64,000 bases of DNA from Camelus dromedarius. Taxonomy: Eukaryota. Below are positions 13,157 to 24,343 of this stretch, in pieces. Where the stretch lies: the NCBI RefSeq assembly GCF_036321535.1, contig NC_087458.1:9114001-9178000 (forward strand), in the 5' to 3' direction. The translations under genes were made by a program, and so were the position numbers. The number at the start of each line of letters is the position of its first letter. The stretch's first letter is position 1. The notes under the pieces are model-generated. The model saw only the letters and a program-made list of their open reading frames with translations, was not told the origin of the DNA and made no database searches.

Positions 13157-13830
13157 TCTTACCTGAGCTGTGAAGGGAGGGTCCTGCTGGGGGATAGATG
13201 TTCACTCTCGTTCCCTGTCCACTGTCCAGTTTCTCACTGCTGTGGCTGCTCAGTCCAACATGGATGTCTGTTACTCATAGAGGGGCTCACTCCCACCTGC
13301 CTCTCCCTCCCCCTGAGAGAAGCCAAAAGCGCCGAGGCTACAGGGACAGAATCCAATTTGAAATGGAAAAGGAGGAAGGGTCAAAATGGGCCCGATGCTA
13401 CTGATCTTTACTCAGGGGTAGGCATGTGATGATGTTCTGGGGACTTAGACCCCAACTCAAATCAAACAGAGCTAATTTCTTTCTGACATTTTGTACCAAT
13501 TGGCCGAAGACCACAAGTCACATCTAATAGTGACCACAGAGCAGCTGGAACTTTCACTGCATTTATTGGTAGCGGGCAGTTCTTCTGTGGGTCTCCTGAT
13601 GCCAGAGTCATCACCATGGAGATGTTGCACTGGGTTTAATTAACAACTGAGTTGATTGCGGAAAGTAGGGACAAGTCATCAAATGCCAAATTACTCCAAA
13701 TTGGGCCCACGCATGAGGGCTTGGGGAGCGGAAGGCTCTAAGCCCCTCTCAGATGCAGCAATTTTAGAAAATTTGACTAATTTTAAGTTGATTTGTCAAT
13801 TTCATGTTACCAAAGGGATGAAAAGGAAAT
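13157..13830 (-). promoter_or_regulatory. Probable OR10K2 5' non-coding exon and promoter region
   Basis: Consensus donor CAG|GTAAGA on the minus strand (intron starts 13162), 3.8 kb upstream of the acceptor at 9358; TAATTA and O/E-like sites at about 13635-13820. Confidence 0.35.
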
Positions 13831-14504
13831 TGCACATATAATTCATGGTCAGTATGTGTAAAACATGTCTGTTCAGTTAAAAACGTGCTTTTGCATTTAT
13901 ACTTAGAACTGTTGTTTTCTGTTAGGTTGAGAGGACCGATGAAGCAATGTTGCTTTCTATTGTGAAGGCCGAAAGGTGACTCATTTCACCATTAACTACC
14001 AAGTTCATTTCTTTCAACCTCTCTATTCCATTATCCAGAAACTAACATAGTGTATTGTTATACACAGGAGATACTAAATAAACATGTGCTGAATGTTGGC
14101 AAATAAATGGTCCCAGACAATGTTTCCCCAGTAATATAAATCACCTCTTAGTTTGAACAAAAATGTGTATTTCTTTTCTAATTTCCAAAATTTCTGATTT
14201 CCACTTGCCTTGTGACTAAGCTAGGAATGAAGGTGATTTCACCATCACGTGGTGTCAATGGATACTGAAGACCCCTGACAATGGCTTGGTGCAGAGTAAG
14301 AATTCATCACATATCTGATAGATGAAGAAGTAATGATCCTGAGACCCAAAGTGAGAACAAAGGAAGAACAAAAAATAATTGAGAACAAGAAATAATACTC
14401 ACGAAGAAATAAGAAGTAAGAAGAGTAGAATTTAATCTAGTTGAATCTAAATGCTGAACAGCTTTGTGTTATTGATATCCATCATTTATTCCAAACTCAC
14501 AGCA

Positions 14505-15320
14505 GTTTTTTAAAAAACCAACTTCATCGAGTTATGATTGACATGGAAGAAGATGTACATATTTAATGTATACAACTTGTTGAGTTTGATGTAAGTATAT
14601 ATCCAAGAAACAATCACCACCATCAAAGCCATAGACATATGCATTATTTCCCAAAGTTTTATCCAGTCAACTTTGTTATTATTAATTACTATTATTATTA
14701 ACTGTGATAAGAAAACTTAACATAAGATCTATCCTCTTGGCGAATTTTAAGCATACAGCACAGTAGTTTTACCTCTAAGTACTATGCTGTATAGTGCATC
14801 TCCAGAACTTCTCTTGCATAATTTAAACTTTATACCCTTTAACCAACATCTCCATATTTGCCTCTCTCCCCAGCCCCTGGAAACCACCATTCTACTATAT
14901 GCTTCTGTGACTTTGACTATTTTAGATTCCACGTATAAGAAGGCCAACCAATATTTGTCTTTCTGTGTCTGGGTTACTTCACTTAGTGTCTTGAGGTTCA
15001 CTCATATTGTGGCAAATGGCAGACTTTCCTTCTTTTTCAAGGCTGAATAATATTTTGTTATGTGTATATACCACATTTTCTTTATACATTTCCTATGATT
15101 TGTACCATTAGGTTGTTTTCATATCTTGGTTGTTGTGAATGGTGTTGCAATGAATGTGGAGATATAGGTGTTACTTTGTGATTCTGATTTCAAACTCTTT
15201 TGATAAATGCCAAGAAATGGGATATCCAGATCACATGGTGGTTCTATTTTTAATTTCTTGAAGAACTTCTGTACTGTTTTCCCTAATGACTATACCAACT
15301 TATATTCCCACCAACAGCAT
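14505..15320 (-). mobile_element. L1MA/MB 3' end
   Basis: cccagcccctggaaaccaccattctac...tagattccacgtataag...gggatatccagatcacatggtggttctatttttaatttc. Confidence 0.8.
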
Positions 15321-15334
15321 GCCAACATTGTGGG

Positions 15335-15610
15335 TTTGGTATTGGTATTTCTACTAGCCAATGAAACATGGGCAGAAGGGATAGCTCACTAGTTCCAAGC
15401 CTTGGCCAAAAGAAGCACTGTGGGTTTTCTGCTATCACCATAGGATGAGCTCTCCATGTTTTTAAGTCTGGGATCTAGACTAGAAATAGCTGGTACAAAT
15501 CTGATACCAATGTATTGAAAGGGGGCCAAACCCAAGAGATATACAGCTTGAAGCAGACTTGTCATGCTAAATTCAGCTTAGATCAGTCAAACCTAAAGCA
15601 ACTTGCCCAC
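15335..15610. mobile_element. MLT1-type LTR fragment
   Basis: gccaatgaaacatgggcagaag...agttccaagccttggcc. Confidence 0.5.
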
Positions 15611-15667
15611 ACAGCAAGAAGTATTTTTTTCTTGTGGTTAAAAAAAAAACAAAACACTTAACATAAA

Positions 15668-15841
15668 NNNNNNNNNNNNNNNNNNNNNNNNNNNNNNNNN
15701 NNNNNNNNNNNNNNNNNNNNNNNNNNNNNNNNNNNNNNNNNNNNNNNNNNNNNNNNNNNNNNNNNNNNNNNNNNNNNNNNNNNNNNNNNNNNNNNNNNNN
15801 NNNNNNNNNNNNNNNNNNNNNNNNNNNNNNNNNNNNNNNNN
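15668..15841. other. Assembly gap (N run)
   Basis: N bases. Confidence 1.
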
Positions 15842-15844
15842 NTC

Positions 15845-16495
15845 TCTACGCTTTGAGGTGATCTGTTACACAGTAAATATCAAATATGTTTATCTTCAAT
15901 GATGCTAGACTCTACCAAATCATTTTTCAAAGTGGTTGTACCAGTTTATACTCCCACCAGTACTGAATGGGAGTTTCAGTTGCTCCACATCTGCAACAAT
16001 AAGTGAGGGTCAAACATGCTCTCCTTTCCTCAGCTGTTCTCCTTCCACATCCTCCAGATTCTTCCTGGGCAGTGAGGGAAATAAACCTCAGCCTGAAATG
16101 ACGTTGTAACTCATTTTCATTTGAGACATCCTGGTATGTCTGTGTAATTGCATTTGCACTTCCATGATACTAATGAGATTGAACAGCTTTTCACAAGTTA
16201 ATCAGCCAATTGGATTTCTTCTTTTTTTGAAGGTCCTGTTCAATGTGTTGTACATTAGAAAAGAGAGATATCTCTTCTTATTGATTCCAGGAGATTTAAA
16301 CACATTCTGGAAATCAGTATTTAATTAGCGATGTGCATTTCATATATCCTGTCCGACTCTGAAAATTGCATTTCAGTCTTGATGAACAAAAGTTCTTAAT
16401 TATAATGAAGTATAATTTATCAGTCTTCAACTTTCTGAGTAATGCTTTTGTATGCTGTTTAAACAACTTTTGCCTCCACGAGATCAGGTACACTA
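15845..16495 (-). mobile_element. Old L1 fragments abutting the truncated OR pseudogene
   Basis: caaagtggttgtaccagtttatactcccaccag; aattgcatttgcacttccatgatactaatgagattgaac. Confidence 0.65.
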
Positions 16496-17006
16496 AACAC
16501 CAGGACGTTGACAACCACATAGATCAGGAAACCACAGAAGCTTGAGGCTAAAACCAACTGCACGCAGGTGGCATGGCTGACAATGTGTGTGCAGTTAAGA
16601 GGGTTGCAGATGGCAGCATAGTGATCATAGCTCATCAGAGCAATTAAAAACAGTTGGTACAAGCCAAACCCACAAAGAGATTTGTTTTGCAGAACATCCA
16701 AAGAAAGAAATAGTCAGACTTGTGGAAAGCAGGTTGGTCAGCATTTCTTATATCGTGACTGAGGTGTAATAGGTTTCAGAGCAGGAAAGGGCAAAGAGAA
16801 AGAAGAATATAGGCCTGTGCAAAGGTCAATCTAGACAAAAACAAACAAAGACCAGACAAATGATAATCTTTATGGTGACACTGGCCATCAGAGAGATCAG
16901 GCAGATAAGGAGGAAAATAATGAAGAGAAGGCTCTTCAGATGTCCCAAAGTTTGAGAAGCCTATAAGGATGGACTCAGTGATTATGTTCTGGTTCTGTCT
17001 CTCCAA
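16495..17006 (-). pseudogene. OR10-family pseudogene fragment (N-terminus to about TM4), with frameshifts, a stop and 3' truncation
   Basis: Minus-strand pieces read ERQNQNIITESILIGFSNF, LHRPIFFFLFALSCSETYYT(*)EMLTNLL, GLACTNCF and MSYDHYAAICNPL. No ATG; homology ends at an L1 fragment near 16495. Confidence 0.8.
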
Positions 17007-17429
17007 TGGGCACTGGAAAACAGACTTAGACATCCTTACATTGAGAACAAAAAGACTTTGACAAAAGTGAAATGCCTCCATCAAAACCACAAATGTGTTT
17101 TTGTACAAAGCTGATAATAGTGGTATGAAAAAACGAGTAACACAAGTTAAGCACACTGATAAGGGGTTAGGAGAAAAGCAGGAGGCATGAGGAGTGATGA
17201 CATAAGTAAGTTACCAATCAACAATGTCTAAAGAAATTTATCTTTATTTTTGTAAGTTGATTTTATGCTTTGTTTTTGTTCTGATTTGCAGGGAAGACTC
17301 ATATAAATTGCATTAAATCAGGAAGTGATTTTGAGCTCTCCTTGTCTGATCTTACCATTTTATGGAAGAAACTGAGGTTCAAAAATATTAAACCATTTGT
17401 TTAACCCACATGAGTTAGACCAAAGTTAA

Positions 17430-18700
17430 CAGGAATAAAATAATGAAGCTCAGAGAAGAAATCAATCAAATGGAGACTAGAAAAACAATGTAAAAGTCAA
17501 TAAAACTAAAACCTGTTTTAAAAAAAAACTGAACAAAATTGACAAAGCCTTAACTAAAATAAGTAGGGAAAATAAGAAGGCTGAAATAAATAAAATAAAA
17601 AATTAAAGAGGAGACATAACGTATGTGTCAGAATTACAAAACAGACATAAGGGAGTATTATCAACAATTGTGCACCTACAAATTGGATAATTTAGAAGAA
17701 ATTGACAAATTTCTAGAAACATAATCTACCAAAACTGTACCACAGAGAAATAGAAAGCTTAAACAGACCATTAACAGATAAAGAGATTGACCAGAAATCA
17801 AAGATCTACCTACAAAGAAAAGCCCATGACCAAATGGTTTTATGGGTGAATTCTACCAAATATGCAAAGAAGAATTAACACCAATTTGTATGAAGTTTTT
17901 CCAAAAAACAGAACAAGAAGGAACACTTTCAAACATATAAGGCTGACATCACCCTGATACCAAAGCCAGATAAAGACACCAGATAAAATACAGTCCAACA
18001 CCCTTGATGAACATATATGCAAAAACCCTCAACAAAATACTAGGAAACTAAATACAACAGCACATTAAATTTATTACACATGATTATTAAGTGAGGTTTA
18101 ATCTTGAGACACAAGGATGGTTGAGCACATGCAAATTAATCAATGTGCTATGCCACATTAATGAAGGAAAATAAAATAAAGTGCATGATCAAATCAATAG
18201 AGGCAGAAAAAAGTATTTGACAAAGTTCAACATCCAATCATGATTAAAACTCTCACTAAATGAGTATAAGAGAATTTATCTTAACACAGTAAAGTTTACA
18301 TATAAAACCTCTAGAGCTAAATAATGATAAATGGGAGAAAATTGAAAACTTTCTCTCTAAAACTGGGTGCAGTGGGAAGGATACCCACTGTCAACACTCC
18401 TATTCAATGTGGTATCAGGGGTCCTAGCCAGAACAATGAGATAAGCAAAAGAAATAAAATATATCCAAATCAGAAAGGAAAAAGTAAAACTATTCCTATT
18501 TGCAGATGATATAGTCATATATGGAAAACTCTAATGATTCAATCAGAAAGACCGTTAGAACTAGAAAACAAATTTCAGTAAAGCTGCAAGATACAAAATC
18601 AGCACACAAAAATCAGCCACGTTTCTATACATAGACAATGAATTATACAAAAGGGAAATTAAGAAAATGATCTCATTCACAATAGCAGCAGAAAGAATAA
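17430..18700 (+). mobile_element. Degenerate L1 ORF2 (reverse transcriptase region) fragment
   Basis: accaaatggttttatgggtgaattctaccaaa; ccctgataccaaagccagataaagac; ctatttgcagatgatatag (FADD motif region); many stops. Confidence 0.85.
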
Positions 18701-18704
18701 ACTA

Positions 18705-19090
18705 CTGGAATATTATACTTACTGAAATAAGTCAGACAGAAAAAGACAAATCCTGTATGATATCACTTATCTGTAGAACCTAAAAAAATCATATGAATAA
18801 ATGTACATGCAAAATAGAAACAGACCCACAGATGTAGAAGACAAACTTGTGATTATCTAAAGGGAGAGAAAAGTGTAGAGGGGCAATAAGGATATGGGAC
18901 TAACAGATACAAACCACTATATATAAAATAGATAAACAACAAGGATATATTGTATAGCACAGGGAACTATACCCATTATCTTGTAATAACTTACTACAAT
19001 GGGGTATAGTCTGCAAAAATATTGAATCACTATGCTGTACACCTGTAACTAACACAATATTGTAAATCAACTATACTTCAATGAAAAATT
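18705..19090 (+). mobile_element. Younger L1 3' end
   Basis: gtatagcacagggaactatacccattatc...atattgtaaatcaactatacttcaat. Confidence 0.8.
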
Positions 19091-19459
19091 TTAAATAAAT
19101 TAAAATATTTTTAAAAAGAAAAATACCTATTGGCTTTTTCATCAAGAAAGTTGATATACTATATGGGAAACAGTGTGTAATCTGTGGAGCTAAAAACCAA
19201 AAAATTTAGAATAATTGTACTTTTCAAAAATCTACATATTAATTGAAATATTTAACTGTATTTCTTATTCTAAACAATACTCATAAAATGATCTATTTAT
19301 CTATGACTTACAGATCTATACTTTAAGTTTAAATTCTTGTATTAAACAAAACATTTTCAGAAAAATAAAATCAATTCTGTAGCAATAAAAAAAATAGGAT
19401 CAGTTACCCTAGCTAATGTAAAAAGTCCCTTTATGCCTATAAATTATTTGTACAATAGA

Positions 19460-19860
19460 AATGGACTAAAGTGACGAAGGGCAAGCCTCAATTTCTGTTT
19501 TTTGTATTTTCTGATAGAAGCAACACTCCTTTGAAAAGTAACGCATCTAGATTACAAAGCTCAAAATTATGTGAGTCAGTCATTAGGGGTAATATTGGCA
19601 GGAGCCATTTCCATCTCCCCTTACACCAACTTCCAGACCTACATATTCTTGCTACTGGAGGATAGGCACGATGCCTAGTTTGCTGGTTCAGAGTATACAT
19701 GGCCTTGAGTAGGCACACGGGGAGCCATCATGTGTTGTCCCACAAGTAGTGCCCTAACTGAGCCTTCGGTAAGTCTTTTCATTGTTCTGCCAGGACACAT
19801 CCTTCCGAGTGATGGGTACACTGAAGGAGACGGATTTCCCAGTATCATTTACTGAATATT
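19460..19860 (-). mobile_element. ERV-L internal fragment (end of integrase)
   Basis: Minus-strand LLKAMYTLNQ...PPVARI resembles ERV-L LQKAVYALNQ...SPIARI; preceded by a degenerate HH-E...L-K segment. Confidence 0.55.
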
Positions 19861-22391
19861 CACAGTGCTCTTACTGACTTGTGAGGTCAAAGACCACGTT
19901 CCCAACTATACACAGATCATTTTCTGCGCTCTCCTTTCTGTCTCTTTATTTAACTCCTTATGTTCCAGTAGCATGTTCTTTCTATGACTAAGACGTCTTA
20001 CTACTGGGAAGAGTGAGCCCCTATATCACTTATCCTTTTTCAAAAGTGTCTTATTCTTCCAAGTAAACTTTATAAATGTTTAATTTCAGGTTGCCTTCAC
20101 AATTCATGCCAGAGTTTGGATTGGAATTATATTGATTTTGGAGTAGCTTTGATGAAATTGACAACTTTATATACAGTCATTCCAGTAAAAACCATTTGTA
20201 AGGTAACAAGTAATTTATTAATAGAGCTCAACTAGATTTAAGATACTTGTTAAAAATTTAAGTTTTTGCAGAACACCCCAATGTTCCTAATGAGAACTTC
20301 TATAGGCAAAAACCTGAGAAGATAAATTTGTAATGAAACCCTCTTTTGATTCTTATAAACATTAAAGTTGAGAATCACTGGACAGATACATTGGTTTCCT
20401 GACCTAAAATTCAATAAACATTTTCCACTTAGTCTGATGCATTGCAGACTTAATTGTGATTTCTCCTGCAGAATCCATAACAGATGGACTTAATTTCCAA
20501 TGAAGACATGGGCTAATTATGCTTATGGCTTCTAGTCCCCAGGTTCCTCAACTAAGGCTACCTTTGAGAACCTTGCAATGTTATTTTTCCAAAATAAAGT
20601 TGACTTCTAATTAACCCCATGCAGGACAATGTCTCCAGGGCAGTAGATACAGCCTCAGGAGTCCAACAGTCACAGTATATGCTTCTAATATCCACACCCC
20701 ATGTTGGTCACCAGAACTTCTAAAGATGATGACTTTGGCTGGAGACGTTGAAAGTCCTGATGGATAGGGGAGGCTCCTTCTGTTGAGGCAGATGAGAGCT
20801 TCCATCTCGAGGCAGATTCACTCTCTTCTGCTGATATTTCTTCAGGCCCTGACCTTTGGCTTAGAATCTACATTTAAAGGGATCCCAGATACTGAATAGC
20901 TGCTTCTGTCTGAATTGAAAGAAGGAGAGCAATGTAGGTACTTACTGAAGTGGGGATATTGATCTAGTCTGAGGCTCTGTGGGGTCGAGACCTGAGTGAG
21001 GAGTAGTGCTTGTGGACACCTCCCTTTCGACCTCCTTAGAAGATCAGTGACAGCTTTCTGGCCAGTGCCAGGGTTATTAAGAAGGAGAACCAGGGGCTGC
21101 TTTTAACTCCAGGTACTAAAAGTGATTGGGCATCATCCATATAGTTCTCTGAAGTTTTCTTAGTGATCAGACTGGTTCATTTTTACTCCCTGCTAGATTT
21201 TCTTTACTTTTTTTTTTTTTTTTGGATTTTCATGGATTAAATGAAACATATACTAAATCTTCACTTCCTCTCTACTGTGTACTCACGTATGTTTTCAGCT
21301 ACAATTGAAATCTGATACTTAAACTCCATTTTAATATGGCAAATTCAGGATTTTCATGTGTATCTAAGAATACAAAAATTCCTTCTCTTTATTTTCTGAG
21401 GCTGTGTACATAATTTCTCTCAGTTAATTGACTGATGTTTTCCCTGAGAGAAGTATTTGAATATCTCAAAATTTTGCATTTGAAAAATCATAGGTTTGCT
21501 TCCTTTTTGAATAACCAGTACCCTCAAATATTGAGTCACTGTTTAAATCTAAATTATATAAAATTCCTTGGAGCATCTAAGGAATTAGAAAAATAAGGTA
21601 TAGAAATGTCATCTCCAAGGATTATAACATGAATTCCATCCCCAGGTTCTAGAATATCATAAAGGGACTTTGGGGATCATCTGAGTAGAGAATTTTGGAC
21701 TCTTTGAGTTGAAACGTTATTGAGGGTCAATACTCAACTCTTACCCTAAGTCAAAAACGTCTGCAAGATATTACTCAAGGAGCCTCTGCTTAAGTACCTT
21801 CCGTGCATCCTAACAGTTTATTACAGTCACTACCCTGTCACCTAATTTTAAAATAAGGAGACTAAATATCCAAGTTAAGTACCTTGGCCAAAGTCACACA
21901 AAGCTAGACCTAAAATACAGATCTTCTCACTCCAAATGGAGGGATCTTTTCTCTTAGTTTCAAGGCTTGTGGGTATTTGGCTGGAAGATCTTTTTATTCT
22001 TTTGCTGTTATATCTTTCTGTCCATAGTACTGATATGACGCCCTGTGGTGGTCTTGGATGTGTTCTTGGCCAATGGGGGCTGCTTTCTCAGATGAACTGT
22101 GCCACTGGGTCTCCATACACCATGAAAAGGGCAAATATATCAGCCACACCTCATTTAGACTGTAGGGTTATATTAATAGCATGTAGAAAATCCAGTTACC
22201 TGAAGTCAGCTATCCTCATGGGTCTTAATGAAAAATAATCCAAGCTACCTTTTTTTTTTTTTTTTTGGTATTGGCTAGATACAGGCACTCCTTCATAATC
22301 AGATAACTCTAGCTTCTGTGGTCTATAATTCCTGCTCAGTGGAGTGAGAGTATGGTAGGGATTATAGGTGAGTGAGTTGAAAAGAGACACA

Positions 22392-23063
22392 AAAAAATCT
22401 TGGGAAAATGATAAGAAAAAAGAAACTGATCATAAATTCAGATTTCCCCCAGTGTTCTGAAATAGACGGAAATCTCTTTGTCTAGGTGGAGGTGTTACAT
22501 AGGGAAACTGTCTCACTGGTTTGCCTTTTCTTCATATAATTCGTATATTCATGCATATGTATATAATGGGGATATAAATGACATATCCATTCTTTGCATT
22601 TATATGTCGTAGAAATATCTCTGGCTACAGAATGAAAAATTTCTATTATTTGTTTTAAAGGACTATAAAACCAGCATGTGTGAGTATCTTAATATTAACT
22701 TCAAATAATTATACCTACTAAGTTTAGGACCAATTTCTAGTAATGAAGAAAGAATGAAAATTATTATCTCCAAATTCTAAGGATAGATAAAGTGAGTTTC
22801 AGAAATTTTCAATCATTTAACTTAGAGTCTAGGAAACCAAAGTTTGCTACTATAAATGCAAAGAATGGATATGTCATGTATATCCCCATTATATACATAT
22901 GTATGAATATACTAATTATATGAAGAAAAGGCAAACCAATGAGACAGGTTCCCTATATAACACCTCCACCTAGACAAAGAGATTTCCGTCTGTTTCAAAA
23001 CACTAGGGGAAATCTGAATTTATGATCAGTTTCTTTTTTCTTATCATTTTCCCAAGATTTTTT
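22392..23063. repeat. Long inverted repeat: arms 22392-22604 and 22851-23063 (213 bp each), 246-bp spacer
   Basis: Hand alignment of the left arm against the reverse complement of the right arm gives 9 mismatches in 213 and no gaps. Confidence 0.97.
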
Positions 23064-24343
23064 CTAATGCAAAACCAAGAAATTCTGGTAGCAGATGCAG
23101 ATAATTCCTCAACACAAAATAATGTAAAAGTATTTAAATATACTGGAAAGTATATAAATGAAGACTGGATACAGCCTATAACTACTAAATGATTTTGCAT
23201 CCAGGGAACACAGACTTTACTTCTTAGGCTTAGGCAGCTGGGAAATACACCCATGAAAAAAAGCATGTGATATAAGGTCTAAAAATGACTTTAGAAATAG
23301 TTTTTTTTTCTAGTAGTTTGCAAACTGTGTTTAGCAGAAGAATATTCATATTCAAAAGGAACCTTATTAGAAGAACAAGTTGTAAAAGATATAAAGCCTA
23401 TGATTTGTGTCAGGGGAAAACTGCCCAGTTGTCACATTCTCTGTCACTCTCTGAGACAAGCTCTTGGACATTTTTGCAAAACTCTGTTTCTCTGAGATTC
23501 TTTGAGGTGTTTCAGAATGGGAAAAGTGAGAAGGGTTGCAACATGCATGTTAATGAGACTCTTTCTAATACTCTGATGACTCTTCTCTTCCTAAAAGAAG
23601 GAGAACGTTTTCTTTTAAGTAATGCTATCTTCTGTTCCATCCTTGGCTCACTATTCTAGTTTGCAGAACTTGAGTAATGTTTCAAACTGGTTTCAGCACT
23701 AAAGGGTGGTTTTTTCCTTATTGTTTTGGGTATCGATGTAAAATTTTTGTAATGAATCGTTGACAGAAGATATATAATATTTTTACCACGTATTTTAGCA
23801 TATAATAAGTCATCAATAAACACAAATCCTCTTACACTTTTGCTTAGAGTTTATCTAATTCTTCCTCTCCCTTCTCATTTTCTGGTTGATAATCTGAAGT
23901 TCACATGCTGTGTCTGAGCACTACTCATTTCTTTTATTCCATGCTCTGATCAAGTTCAGATAGCTGAAGTTAACCATTATTCTCAGTTTTGGAGAGCTAG
24001 TTGCCTTGGGCTTGTAGTGAGCAAGAAAAACACAATAATTCATTAGATAATTCATAAGTAAGATACAAGGGAAACCTAATAGCCAAGTGCTTAATCCTCT
24101 GCTAGAGAGAGAACATTTTCTGAGGCTCAGACAAAGCCTCCTAACTGGTCGCCAGTTATCCTATTCTGTGTTTAGCCTTAATTCTTATTTCAGCAGATGT
24201 TTCTTGGAGGGAATGAATGAGTTCCACCAAACGTTTAGAAATGCCTGCCAGCTGCAGACTTTGCGCTGAGTTTCCCGTGCATTTCTCCCTCCCTGGAGCC
24301 GGGCCTCTGGCTCTGGCTCTGGCTCTCCTGTGCAGCAGTGACC

